Of a DNA stretch of 42,044 bases, positions 34,168-42,044 are shown one piece after another. Under the pieces are notes generated by a model that saw only the letters and a list, made by a program, of their open reading frames with translations, searched no databases and was not told where the DNA came from. Each line of letters starts with the position of its first letter. The first letter of the stretch is position 1. The position numbers and the translations under genes are program-made. Source of the DNA: a virus (lineage: Duplodnaviria; Caudoviricetes); IMG/VR virus record IMGVR_UViG_3300034025_000089, positions 1 to 42,044 of that record. One strand, 5' to 3'.

Positions 34168-34614
34168 TCAAAGCCGGATCCTCTCGAAAAGAATATGCGG
34201 CGCGCTGTCGAAGCCGAAGCACTCGAGCCGGTGCGCGGCGTGAAGCCCGACCAGCTTCGCCCACATGACCGCCGGGTTATTGTCCGCCTCGACCAGCGCC
34301 TCGAGGCGGCGATAGGGCGCCTTGCGGATCTCCTCGCGGGCGTAGCGCGTAATCGCCAGATGCGCCTTGGGGCCGATGTCGCGGGCGAGCATCGCCCAGG
34401 CGACGGCCTGCACCGGCGGAAAGGTTTCGCGGAAGCCGGCGCAGCACAGTATCCGACCGCCTTCATGGGCGGTCCAACCCGGCCCATGCAGCACCAGGTC
34501 GCGCGCCCGCTGCATGTCGATCTCGCCTTCCTCGATCCCGAGCTCGAGGTGTTGCGAGGGCTGCAACTTGAGCTGCACCAGGTCGCCGGCGAGGAGGGGG
34601 CGAAAGGAGATCAT
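34168..34614 (-). CDS. GNAT-fold protein (T7 gp13-like tail assembly protein), 148 aa
   Basis: ILCCAGF...AWAML...RLEALV...WAKLVGL; standard position after tail tube B. Confidence 0.72.
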   Translation of the reverse strand: MISFRPLLAGDLVQLKLQPSQHLELGIEEGEIDMQRARDLVLHGPGWTAHEGGRILCCAGFRETFPPVQAVAWAMLARDIGPKAHLAITRYAREEIRKAPYRRLEALVEADNNPAVMWAKLVGLHAAHRLECFGFDSAPHILFERIRL

Positions 34615-36860
34615 GCGTCTTCCGACTCGATCGTGGGCATGAGGCAAACCACCATGCAGGGCAGGGGATCGTCGGAAACGATCGTCGGCTGCGCGGCGCG
34701 ATCGTAGCCGCCGCCGGTGGCCTTGTTTTCCGTGTCGCCGGTGAACAGCGGAACCGGGGCGTTCATTGTGCTGTTGCCGGCGCGGTCGATCAGCCGCTCG
34801 AGCGTGCCGCGCTGCGGATCCCGAACCGCCAGCGCAGCCGTGTCGATCAGCCGCGCGACCAGGCGGATGATCCGCTTGCGGGCGCCCTGGACGGTTCCGC
34901 CCGGCGCGCCGCGGATCTCGGGTCGAAGCGGCGTAAGGCGGGCCTGGTAGCCGAGCCCGATATGGACGTCGCCGGCGGCATAGGGGAGCGTCACCTTGGG
35001 ATTGCTCGCCTGCACCACCTGGGGAGGGCATACGCCCCCATCGGCCAGGATCCGAACCTCTAGGCCGATCAGGTGCTCGAGCCCTTCGTTGAACTCGCTC
35101 TTAGGCGGGCCGCTGTAGGACACCCCCCAATCGACGTAGAAGGCGGCTTTGAGCTTGGCGAGCTGCTCGGCCTCGCCGAGCTCCGCATCCTCCTCCCACC
35201 AATCGCCGAGCTTGCAGATCCCCTTGGTGCCGGCGCGATCGGTAAGCAGCCACAGATCGTCCAGGGTGCCGGCGTCGCTCGGGATCGACACGGCCGACAG
35301 CACGGAGATCTCGCCATTGGCAAGCGCGACGCGGGCGAAACCCTTGGTTTGCTGCTCGGGGCTATGGGCGTGGCAGGCCAGGATCCCGTCATTCCTGACG
35401 CCCCACAGCATTTGCTCCGGCTCTTGCTGAAAGGCGAGCTGGCGCACCCCCGATCGGCTGATATGGCGCGACCAGACGTTGAGGTTGACCCCGACGAACC
35501 GATCGCGCTCGAACTCGTAAGCGGCCTCGCGGATCTTGCGGGCGCCGCGCTGGACGAACACAACGCCCGTTCCGATGTCGACCGGCCACACCGCGGCCGA
35601 GCCATAGCTCGATTGACCAGGCGCCTTGATGTTGTCGCCGGCGAGCGGCGCCGACATATTGATTTGCCCGATCAGGATCTCGCCCGAAGCGGTGCCGACC
35701 AGGAGCTGATCGTCGGCCTTCACCCAAAGCGGCGGATCCGCGGCGTCGAGCGTGCGGCGGAAAGCCATGTCTGGGGTAAAGCTCCCCGAATCGGTGAGCG
35801 GCGCGAAATTGGTCAGGTCGCCCGCCACCGAAGCGTAGAGCTCTACGCCCTTGAAGAAGATCAGTCGCCCGGCCCAGATGCACACCAAGTGCGGCCAGCC
35901 TTCCGCTTCTGAAAAAGCGCCGTGCGCCCACCGCCAGGATCCGCCGCCGGCGAGATCGTCGGCGAGGCGGCGCGTCACGGTGGCGGTGACTTGCGTAGAG
36001 CTGACAAAGCCGGTGATCGTCACCATGCCGAAACGGTCATGGAGATACGTCCACTTGACGCCGTAGGGGCCTTTCGCGCCTACGTCCTGGCCGCTTTCCA
36101 TGCCGTCGCTTTCGGTGCCGCGGCTATGCGTCGGCTGCACCGATCCGGTGCGCCCCGAGCTCGCCGCAACATAGACCCTTCCGTCCGATCGGCGCTTGCT
36201 CGAGCCCGCGACAACCCCGTCGATCCCAACTTCCCAGGCAGGAACGGCGCCGAAATCGGCCGCTTCGAGCAGGAACGGCGCGCCCACATGGCCGGCCTGG
36301 AAGATCGGCTCCGATGCCGTGAGGGTGACGCTGCCGGTTGTCCCGTCCGCCGAAACCGTAATAGTTTCATCGGTGTTCGCATCGCGGAACGGCCCGCGGC
36401 GAAGCGCCAGCGGACCATGAGTGAACGCCTCGGCGCCGGTGCGGGTCAGCGCCGCCGGCGCGTGCGCCCCATGCGCCAGGTAAAGCCGATCGTAGCTTTG
36501 CACCTGGGAGACGCGCGCGGCTTCGGCGGCCGTGTAGGGCACCGCGAGCTCGTAAGGCACGCCGGGCGCGCTCTCGATCTGGCCGCCGTTGGTGTAGAAG
36601 CGAACCGCGCCCTCGAGCCATTCCAGCACATAGGCTTGGGTGGTGTTGAACACGAAGCTGGAAAGCCAGGTGGAGCTCAGAGCCGCCGCCTTGATCCAGT
36701 AGACGCCGGGCCGCTTCATGGCCGGGCCCTCGATCGTCGGCACAAAATTGAACATTTCTGTGAGCGCGCGATCGTAAATGTCCGCGTCGGTACGACCGGC
36801 AAGCCGGCCCGAGACTTCGCCGCCGTTGAAGCTCGTGAGGATCGAGCGGACCTTGACCAT
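34611..36860 (-). CDS. Tail tubular protein B / nozzle (749 aa)
   Basis: SFNGGEVS..L.GRTD...G.A.KRPG, QSYD.LY, GWP......GRL and VHIGL.Y; start at 36860 in a TGATG overlap. Confidence 0.88.
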   Translation of the reverse strand: MVKVRSILTSFNGGEVSGRLAGRTDADIYDRALTEMFNFVPTIEGPAMKRPGVYWIKAAALSSTWLSSFVFNTTQAYVLEWLEGAVRFYTNGGQIESAPGVPYELAVPYTAAEAARVSQVQSYDRLYLAHGAHAPAALTRTGAEAFTHGPLALRRGPFRDANTDETITVSADGTTGSVTLTASEPIFQAGHVGAPFLLEAADFGAVPAWEVGIDGVVAGSSKRRSDGRVYVAASSGRTGSVQPTHSRGTESDGMESGQDVGAKGPYGVKWTYLHDRFGMVTITGFVSSTQVTATVTRRLADDLAGGGSWRWAHGAFSEAEGWPHLVCIWAGRLIFFKGVELYASVAGDLTNFAPLTDSGSFTPDMAFRRTLDAADPPLWVKADDQLLVGTASGEILIGQINMSAPLAGDNIKAPGQSSYGSAAVWPVDIGTGVVFVQRGARKIREAAYEFERDRFVGVNLNVWSRHISRSGVRQLAFQQEPEQMLWGVRNDGILACHAHSPEQQTKGFARVALANGEISVLSAVSIPSDAGTLDDLWLLTDRAGTKGICKLGDWWEEDAELGEAEQLAKLKAAFYVDWGVSYSGPPKSEFNEGLEHLIGLEVRILADGGVCPPQVVQASNPKVTLPYAAGDVHIGLGYQARLTPLRPEIRGAPGGTVQGARKRIIRLVARLIDTAALAVRDPQRGTLERLIDRAGNSTMNAPVPLFTGDTENKATGGGYDRAAQPTIVSDDPLPCMVVCLMPTIESEDA

Positions 36861-37462
36861 CAGTGGCGGCCCGTCGACAGGTCCGAGAGCCCCGCCTGGC
36901 GCGCGCGGGTCCATTCCGTTTCCGGGTGTTGCCGCGGCGGGTTCTGCTTCGCATCGACGCCTTTGGCTTCCTTGAGCGCCTCTTTGTAGGCCGCCCACGC
37001 TTCGCGCTTGCGCTGCTTGTCGCCCGACAGGCGATCGGCGACGCGCCAGGCCAGCCACATTGAAAAGGCTTCCACGAAGCCGTCAGACCACAAGGCCGGC
37101 TCGGAAATGTCGCGCACATAGCGGATCTTCACCGGACCCAGATCGTCGCACAGGATATTGCCGCCCTCGAGGCTGTAATCGAGCTCGCGCGGATCGAGTA
37201 TCTCGACCAGGCGGCGATAGTCGGAAGGGAGGGGAAAGGCGTACAGGAAGCCGATCGGCGCGTCGCCGGCGGTGGCGGTGAGCTCGGCGCGGTGCATGGC
37301 GAAATCCCATTCGCCTTTGGAGAGAACGATCTTGCGCCCCTCCTCCCAAACCGCCTGAATCGACCGTGCGGGCTTGCTGTCCTCGTTCGGGTCGCGGATC
37401 TGATCGTCCTCGCCGAAGAAGCCCGTTGCCATGTTGGCGATCGTTACAAAGTCCCGCGCCAT
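36860..37462 (-). CDS. Tail tubular protein A / adaptor (200 aa)
   Basis: IANMA, WDFA..R..L, FLYAFPLPSDY and FVEAF...LA. Confidence 0.85.
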   Translation of the reverse strand: MARDFVTIANMATGFFGEDDQIRDPNEDSKPARSIQAVWEEGRKIVLSKGEWDFAMHRAELTATAGDAPIGFLYAFPLPSDYRRLVEILDPRELDYSLEGGNILCDDLGPVKIRYVRDISEPALWSDGFVEAFSMWLAWRVADRLSGDKQRKREAWAAYKEALKEAKGVDAKQNPPRQHPETEWTRARQAGLSDLSTGRH

Positions 37463-37600
37463 GGTCCCGCTCCTGGAAAGGTAAAGGGGCGGCCCCAGCT
37501 TGGGGAAAGGAGCCGCCCCGGTTCGCGATCCTGTTAGCGGGACCGCGAAATGAGGCGGCCGTGACCTGGGGGGTTAATCGGCCGCCCCCGTTCGTGATCC
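37463..37600 (-). promoter_or_regulatory. Structured intergenic RNA (three hairpins, terminator/anti-RBS) between head and tail genes
   Basis: Stems GGGGCGGCCG/CGGCCGCCTC, TTCGCGGTCC/GGATCGCGAA and GGGGCGGCTCC/GGGGCCGCCCC followed by TTTACCTTT. Confidence 0.55.
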
Positions 37601-38038
37601 CTAGTTCGGGATCGCGAAGTAGAAATCGCACACCAAATTGCCGGCGCCGGGCAGGGCCGCGGTGCCGACCGTGAGAAAGATTTCCTCCGCTTCGGCGTTG
37701 GGCGCCGCGGCCTTGGCGGCCGCCTTGCCGTAGCTGGTCGGCGTGTCCGTTGCGGTGAAGGTGCCGGCAGCTTTGTAGGTCGCGGCGCTGGTCGCGTTGC
37801 CGAGCGCCAGCGTCGCGGTGCCGAGGCTGGTATCGGTGGTCAGCTCGGCGCGCAAAAAGGTCGAGTTCGGCGGGCGGACGCCCACCACGATCGTATCGGC
37901 CGACGCCTGCGCAGCAAGCGCCACAACCGCGGAAATCACCCGCACGTTGGCGCCGACGCGGCGCCCATCGGCGAGATCCGCCGGCTGCTTGGTGCCGTCG
38001 AGGACGCCGACAAAGGTAGAAGCGAAACGCTTGGTCAT
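37601..38038 (-). CDS. Capsid decoration/cement protein (Bbp16-like), 145 aa
   Basis: Directly after the major capsid gene; Ala/Thr-rich beta-sandwich-like sequence ending GNLVCDFYF. Confidence 0.7.
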   Translation of the reverse strand: MTKRFASTFVGVLDGTKQPADLADGRRVGANVRVISAVVALAAQASADTIVVGVRPPNSTFLRAELTTDTSLGTATLALGNATSAATYKAAGTFTATDTPTSYGKAAAKAAAPNAEAEEIFLTVGTAALPGAGNLVCDFYFAIPN

Positions 38039-38165
38039 GCTCTGTCTCCCACTAGGTTCCCTGCGAACCTTCCGCGACTAGGTGCGCGGATCCCCTTGAA
38101 AATTCGTCCGCGGCCGCCGGCGGGATTGTTTCCTTGCTCGGCGGCCGCGGCACCCCCGCGAACCG

Positions 38166-39092
38166 TTATTCGGCGTTGAGAATGTAGCCGCACCGATTTT
38201 GATCGGTGCGCGATCCGATGCCGCAAGTCCGGGCATAGACCTGGACTTCGTAATGCTGGGTCGGGAGCTTATCGACCGCGGTAAACAGCTCCTCCCAATA
38301 GTTCATCGCCATGCCGTCAGCCGTCCAGAACGGCGTCTTGCGATAGCCAGAGCCGTCGACAGTAAGGTCGCTGTTGTCGAGCAGCGGGTTGCCGAGCTCC
38401 ATTTCGATGAAGTTGAAGCCGCCGGCGGCGAGCAGGCTCTTGCCGTCCGCCGACCAGACCGGCTTCACGGACGTTTTGTAATCGTCGGAAATGATGGTCA
38501 TTTCCCTGGACAGATCCTCGATCTGCTGCGCCGTCTGAGCCATGTAGAAAGCCTGGCTCATGTCGACGTAGTTTTCGGCCAGGATCTTGCGAGCCCGGCG
38601 GATCTTGGCGACGTTCTGCCCGGTGGCGCCGGAACCGCTGTCGCGGTGGTCGACGGCCACGATGTTGCCCGCCGGGAACGGGTTGAGCGTCGTTCCCTGC
38701 TTGCCGGTGATGAGGCTGCCGTAGAAGCCGGCCAGGAACATATCATCCTTGGCGCGCTGGATCGCCGAGGCACCCGCCTTGACGTAGCCGCCCTGGATGT
38801 CGACGCCGGTCATCAGCTTGTCGTCGCTGTCGACCAGCGCCGAGTAGAAATCGGCTTCGGGCTTCGCAACCCAGATGCCGTCCCAGCCAATCTCGTTGTA
38901 CGTCACCGGCGCGTGGCGCGTCGACTTCTTCTGGGTTTTGGCGTTGGAGATCAGGTTCTCGAGCTTGACCTTTTCGGAGCCCGCTTCGTTCCGCTGAATG
39001 GCGGTGTGGGCGAGCAGCGTCGCGTGCTGATTGAGCTCGAGGCGGAGATTGTTGGAAAAGCGCGTCTGCGCGGTATTGGTGATGTCGCCCAT
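38166..39092 (-). CDS. Major capsid protein (BPP-1 Bbp17-like), 308 aa
   Basis: FSNNL...LNQ, STRHAP, LVDSDDKL, AIQRAKDD and QVYA....G..R; follows the scaffold. Confidence 0.9.
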   Translation of the reverse strand: MGDITNTAQTRFSNNLRLELNQHATLLAHTAIQRNEAGSEKVKLENLISNAKTQKKSTRHAPVTYNEIGWDGIWVAKPEADFYSALVDSDDKLMTGVDIQGGYVKAGASAIQRAKDDMFLAGFYGSLITGKQGTTLNPFPAGNIVAVDHRDSGSGATGQNVAKIRRARKILAENYVDMSQAFYMAQTAQQIEDLSREMTIISDDYKTSVKPVWSADGKSLLAAGGFNFIEMELGNPLLDNSDLTVDGSGYRKTPFWTADGMAMNYWEELFTAVDKLPTQHYEVQVYARTCGIGSRTDQNRCGYILNAE

Positions 39093-39316
39093 CGGGGCCT
39101 CCCTGCAAAAAGTTACCTTCCTGCGAGGGGCTTGGCGGCTGTTGGGCCGGGCCTCTCTATCACTTTAACGGCTGCGGTCGCCGGGTGATTTCCCCACCAA
39201 GGTCCGGGGCCAGTTACGGCTTGGCCGGTTTCCTCAAAGCCCACCCCTGGGATTAGAGACGGCCGCCAAGTTCACACGGAACCAAGCGGCCGTCAAGACG
39301 TTTGATCGCGAAGCGA
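39093..39316 (-). promoter_or_regulatory. Long structured leader / late promoter region of the capsid gene
   Basis: About 220 nt non-coding. TTGACG overlaps a GACGGCCGC/GCGGCCGTC stem, a GGGGTGG site lies at 39241-39247, and the RBS is AGGGAGG. Confidence 0.5.
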
Positions 39317-39520
39317 TCAACCAGCAGGCGTAAAGTTTGCCTTAACGGCCCACATCGCCGCCTGCTCGTAATTCGTGATCGCGATCGACCGCTCCCGGTT
39401 TCCCGGCACATTCTCGCGAAGATAATCGAGCAGGGCTTCGGTGCGCTCCTTGATGCCCGCTACAACGTCGCTGCCGCTCGGGTTGAAGCTGGGAAGGGTG
39501 CTCGCTTTTTCGTCGGCCAT
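39317..39520 (-). CDS. Acb2/Tad1-like helical hairpin anti-defence (nucleotide sponge) candidate (67 aa)
   Basis: FNPSG..VV..IK...LL...RERSIAITNYEQAAMWAVKA with an AGGAG RBS. Confidence 0.7.
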   Translation of the reverse strand: MADEKASTLPSFNPSGSDVVAGIKERTEALLDYLRENVPGNRERSIAITNYEQAAMWAVKANFTPAG

Positions 39521-39587
39521 AGTGTCTCCTGTGGCGTTGTAAGGCGCTGTCCGGCGCCACGGTCCCCGGCTTGCTGCCGGAAGATGC

Positions 39588-40652
39588 TTAACCCTGGCGG
39601 TTCCGTTCGAGCTGGCCGAAATGCGCGATCGCGTCGTTGAGCCGGTTGTACCGGGCAACCGCCGTAGGATCCTTGGCGCGCAGCTTGGCGGCCGTTTCCT
39701 TGTCGCCGATCATCGCGTCGACCTGGGCCTGCGCTTCGGCCGCACTCGCGACGCCGAACTGCTTGCCGCCGCTCCCGCGAAGCGGATCCTCGCCGACCAT
39801 GCCGCCGACACGGGCGAGCAGCTCGGCCGCCTTGCCGGCGCCGAGCGCCATTTGCAGCGCCGCCCGGCCTTCGCGGTCGATCTCGAGGAAACGGCACGCG
39901 GCGAGCACATCGGCCGTCTTGGCCTGCGCTTCGGCGCCCCACTCCTTCTGCTTCGCCGACCAATCGGTGTCGTGCCGCGAGATGTCGGCCGCTTGCTGGT
40001 CGAGCTGCCATTGCACGAAGCCCTCCGCCAGGCCCTTGAACGCCGTCGCCGGCACGCCGTTTTTCAGCGCGAGCTCTTTCATCGGCTCGAAAAAGCCGGT
40101 GTCGATCTCGAGCTGCGCGTCGTTGCCGGCCTCATCCTTCACCGTGGGCAGGTCGAAGGTGTAGCCTTCCGCCTTGTCGGGCACGCCGATCGCCCGGTGG
40201 AAGGTGGCGAGCTGCTCGGGCGTGGCGTCCTTGCCGGGCACCACCACCTTGTCGCTTGCGCGGTAGACCTTCTCGAGCTCTCGATAGCTCTGGATCGCAT
40301 CGTCGGGGCTTTTCCAGCCCTTACCGACCGCGAAATCCCTGTGGCTCGGATCTGCGCCGGCGGCCTCGGCCGACAGCATTTGCGCCCAAGCGTTCGGCGC
40401 CGCGCCGCCCTGGCCGCCGTCGCCGCCACCCGTAGCGGTAGCGGTGGAACCCCCGGTTCCACCGCCTGCTGCCTGTCCGCCGTCTCCGTCGTCCAAACCA
40501 GCAAGACCACCGCCGCCACCCCCGGCGCTGGCCGCCCCCCCGCCACCACTTTGCCCGTCATCGATCGAGCAAAGCGAACTCGATTCCTCGCCAAAATTAA
40601 CACAAAGCGCCGTCGACGCCATTAGTAATTTCCGCAGGTTAGCCTTGTTCAT
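39588..40652 (-). CDS. Capsid scaffold/assembly protein (354 aa)
   Basis: Gly-rich N-terminus, KGWKS.DD...SY.ELEK, G.PDKAEGY and KEWG; GGAGG RBS before ATG 40652. Confidence 0.82.
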   Translation of the reverse strand: MNKANLRKLLMASTALCVNFGEESSSLCSIDDGQSGGGGAASAGGGGGGLAGLDDGDGGQAAGGGTGGSTATATGGGDGGQGGAAPNAWAQMLSAEAAGADPSHRDFAVGKGWKSPDDAIQSYRELEKVYRASDKVVVPGKDATPEQLATFHRAIGVPDKAEGYTFDLPTVKDEAGNDAQLEIDTGFFEPMKELALKNGVPATAFKGLAEGFVQWQLDQQAADISRHDTDWSAKQKEWGAEAQAKTADVLAACRFLEIDREGRAALQMALGAGKAAELLARVGGMVGEDPLRGSGGKQFGVASAAEAQAQVDAMIGDKETAAKLRAKDPTAVARYNRLNDAIAHFGQLERNRQG

Positions 40653-40968
40653 GTTGTACCTCCACAAGCGAACGGATCTTTGTCTCGTCCAGGTTCAGAT
40701 GATGAAAAATGTGGCGCGCGAGCTCGCGCCGTCCCTCGATCCTCGCCATGCCGATCGGGTCTATCCGCCCTTGAAGATCGCGCATGAAGCTGTGCTCCTC
40801 GAGCTTCGCGAACTGGCGAATATCGGCGAGCGCGCGGTTGCCCTCATAGGTGAGAGCGCCCTTCGCATCCTGGAAACAGGCTTTGTAGCAACGCGCTCGC
40901 GTCACCAGCCAACGCCGCTGGATGATCTCCGCGACCTGGCGGGCCTTGGTGGCGATCGCCTCGCCCAC
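40639..40968 (-). CDS. Bbp19-like protein between portal and scaffold (109 aa)
   Basis: YKACF...G...LAD....A and DPI.MA..EGRRE. Confidence 0.75.
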   Translation of the reverse strand: MGEAIATKARQVAEIIQRRWLVTRARCYKACFQDAKGALTYEGNRALADIRQFAKLEEHSFMRDLQGRIDPIGMARIEGRRELARHIFHHLNLDETKIRSLVEVQHEQG

Positions 40969-40969
40969 G

Positions 40970-42044
40970 TTACAACCCCCCCGGTATGCCGAGCCCGGCG
41001 AGCTCGTTTGCCTTTGCCATGTCCAGCGCCGCACCGGCGGCCGCCGGCATGACCTGGGTGGCCTGGGCCGCTTCCTTCTCGGCCTGGCGTGCCTCCTGGA
41101 TTGCGGCGATTTCCTCATCGCTGCGAACGTGCGTCGGCCGCACGCCAAGCACTTCGGCAATATCGGGCATGGCCGTGTCCCAATTGACGCGATCGAGCGC
41201 GCCCTCGGCGCCGGCGCTGGCGGCCGAGACGCCGATCTCCGCCCAGCGGGTGAAGCCGGAAACCTCCTCGGCGCGCGCCATGCGGGCGAGCGGGTTGGTC
41301 ATCAACGGCCGCGGCGCCTCGCCTGCCTCGCGCACCACCGGCGGCGGCTGCGGGATCGTGCCGCGGCGCATATGGATCTCGAGCTCGCGCTCGATCGTCG
41401 GCCCAACCTTTTCCGTTTCCCGGCGGCCCGCGAACGGCCGAATGAGCACGCCCTCCTTTTGGAGCGTCTCCATAACCTGTGTTGCAGTCATGCGATCGGA
41501 GGGGTCGGACAGGAGCCGGAAAAACTCCTCGAGGAACGACTGCTTGACCACCGCGCGCTCGCCGGCGAGCAGCTCCATGCCGATCGGCAGCTCGCCGCCC
41601 ATCTGCAAAGGCTGGATCATCTGGCGGCCGAACTCATCGATACCGCCGGGGTTGAGCCCGCCAGGCCGCGTCACCACCTTGGTAATGTCCGCATCGTCGT
41701 AGAACAGCAAAGGCGGGTTCACCGCCCGGTTGCCGGCGTCGAGGATCGTTCGCGCCATGGCATTGGCGCCCTTGATCGTCGCCAAAACCTTCATCGCCGG
41801 CGAACGGCCGTACACGTCGCGCGGCCCGGTGATATGGCGCGAAACTGCGATCGGCATCGAGTAATAGCCGCCCCGCGCGACCATGTGCTTTTCGTCAATT
41901 TCGATGTGAAGGCTTTCGATCGGCTTGCCCTGCCACCCGATCTTCTTCCCGGCGTAGAGGCCGTTCGGCCGAATGACCTGGAGGAACTGGATTTCGGTCG
42001 CGTGCTTCTTCGGATCCTCCCAATCGCGTTGCAGCCGCGGCGAC
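40970..42044 (-). CDS. Portal protein, C-terminal part (joins 1..708)
   Basis: YGRSPAM, NPPL, MTATQV and NPLAR portal motifs. Confidence 0.9.
   Translation of the reverse strand, partial: SPRLQRDWEDPKKHATEIQFLQVIRPNGLYAGKKIGWQGKPIESLHIEIDEKHMVARGGYYSMPIAVSRHITGPRDVYGRSPAMKVLATIKGANAMARTILDAGNRAVNPPLLFYDDADITKVVTRPGGLNPGGIDEFGRQMIQPLQMGGELPIGMELLAGERAVVKQSFLEEFFRLLSDPSDRMTATQVMETLQKEGVLIRPFAGRRETEKVGPTIERELEIHMRRGTIPQPPPVVREAGEAPRPLMTNPLARMARAEEVSGFTRWAEIGVSAASAGAEGALDRVNWDTAMPDIAEVLGVRPTHVRSDEEIAAIQEARQAEKEAAQATQVMPAAAGAALDMAKANELAGLGIPGGL
41918..42044. repeat. 127-bp terminal direct repeat (copy 2)
   Basis: Identical to bases 1-127. Confidence 0.97.

Noticed and set aside
1-42044. High frequency of CTCGAG, GAGCTC and CGATCG palindromes as a dedicated repeat system
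   Set aside because: Largely explained by codon pairs (Leu-Glu, Glu-Leu, Ile) and host-like oligonucleotide bias. No methyltransferase gene was seen.

Overview
This is a complete, circularly permuted genome of a GC-rich short-tailed dsDNA phage, about 41,917 bp unique. Bases 1-127 equal 41918-42044, an assembly overlap that splits the portal gene. The minus strand carries a BPP-1/T7-type podovirus late module: TerS, TerL, portal, scaffold, major capsid, tail tube A/B, internal (ejected) virion proteins, tailspike and lysis genes. It also carries a Cro-like HTH, a Toprim primase and a helicase. Two plus-strand blocks of small early genes lie at 6.3-11.1 kb and 17.5-20.5 kb; the first ends in a small serine recombinase. 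An iteron origin lies at about 5.6-5.85 kb. I found no CI-type repressor, tyrosine integrase, DNA polymerase or RNA polymerase. The host is probably an alphaproteobacterium such as a sphingomonad (inferred from the NepR homologue, promoter style, endolysin N-terminus and CGATCG richness). Most notable: (1) a predicted ~100-nt structured sRNA (11321-11420) displays AACCACCCCC in a loop, and the complementary GGGGTGG lies 1-8 nt before the ATG of about 15 phage ORFs, suggesting an RNA-based master regulator; (2) a 1406-aa ejected polyvalent protein has transglycosylase, ParB-like and RelA/SpoT domains and hides two nested genes, one antisense with its own promoter and RBS (candidate antitoxin); (3) a NepR anti-sigma mimic sits inside the lysis cassette; (4) an Acb2/Tad1-like sponge and a RyR-domain protein sit in the head module. 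All family calls come from motif recognition by eye; no database searches were run.
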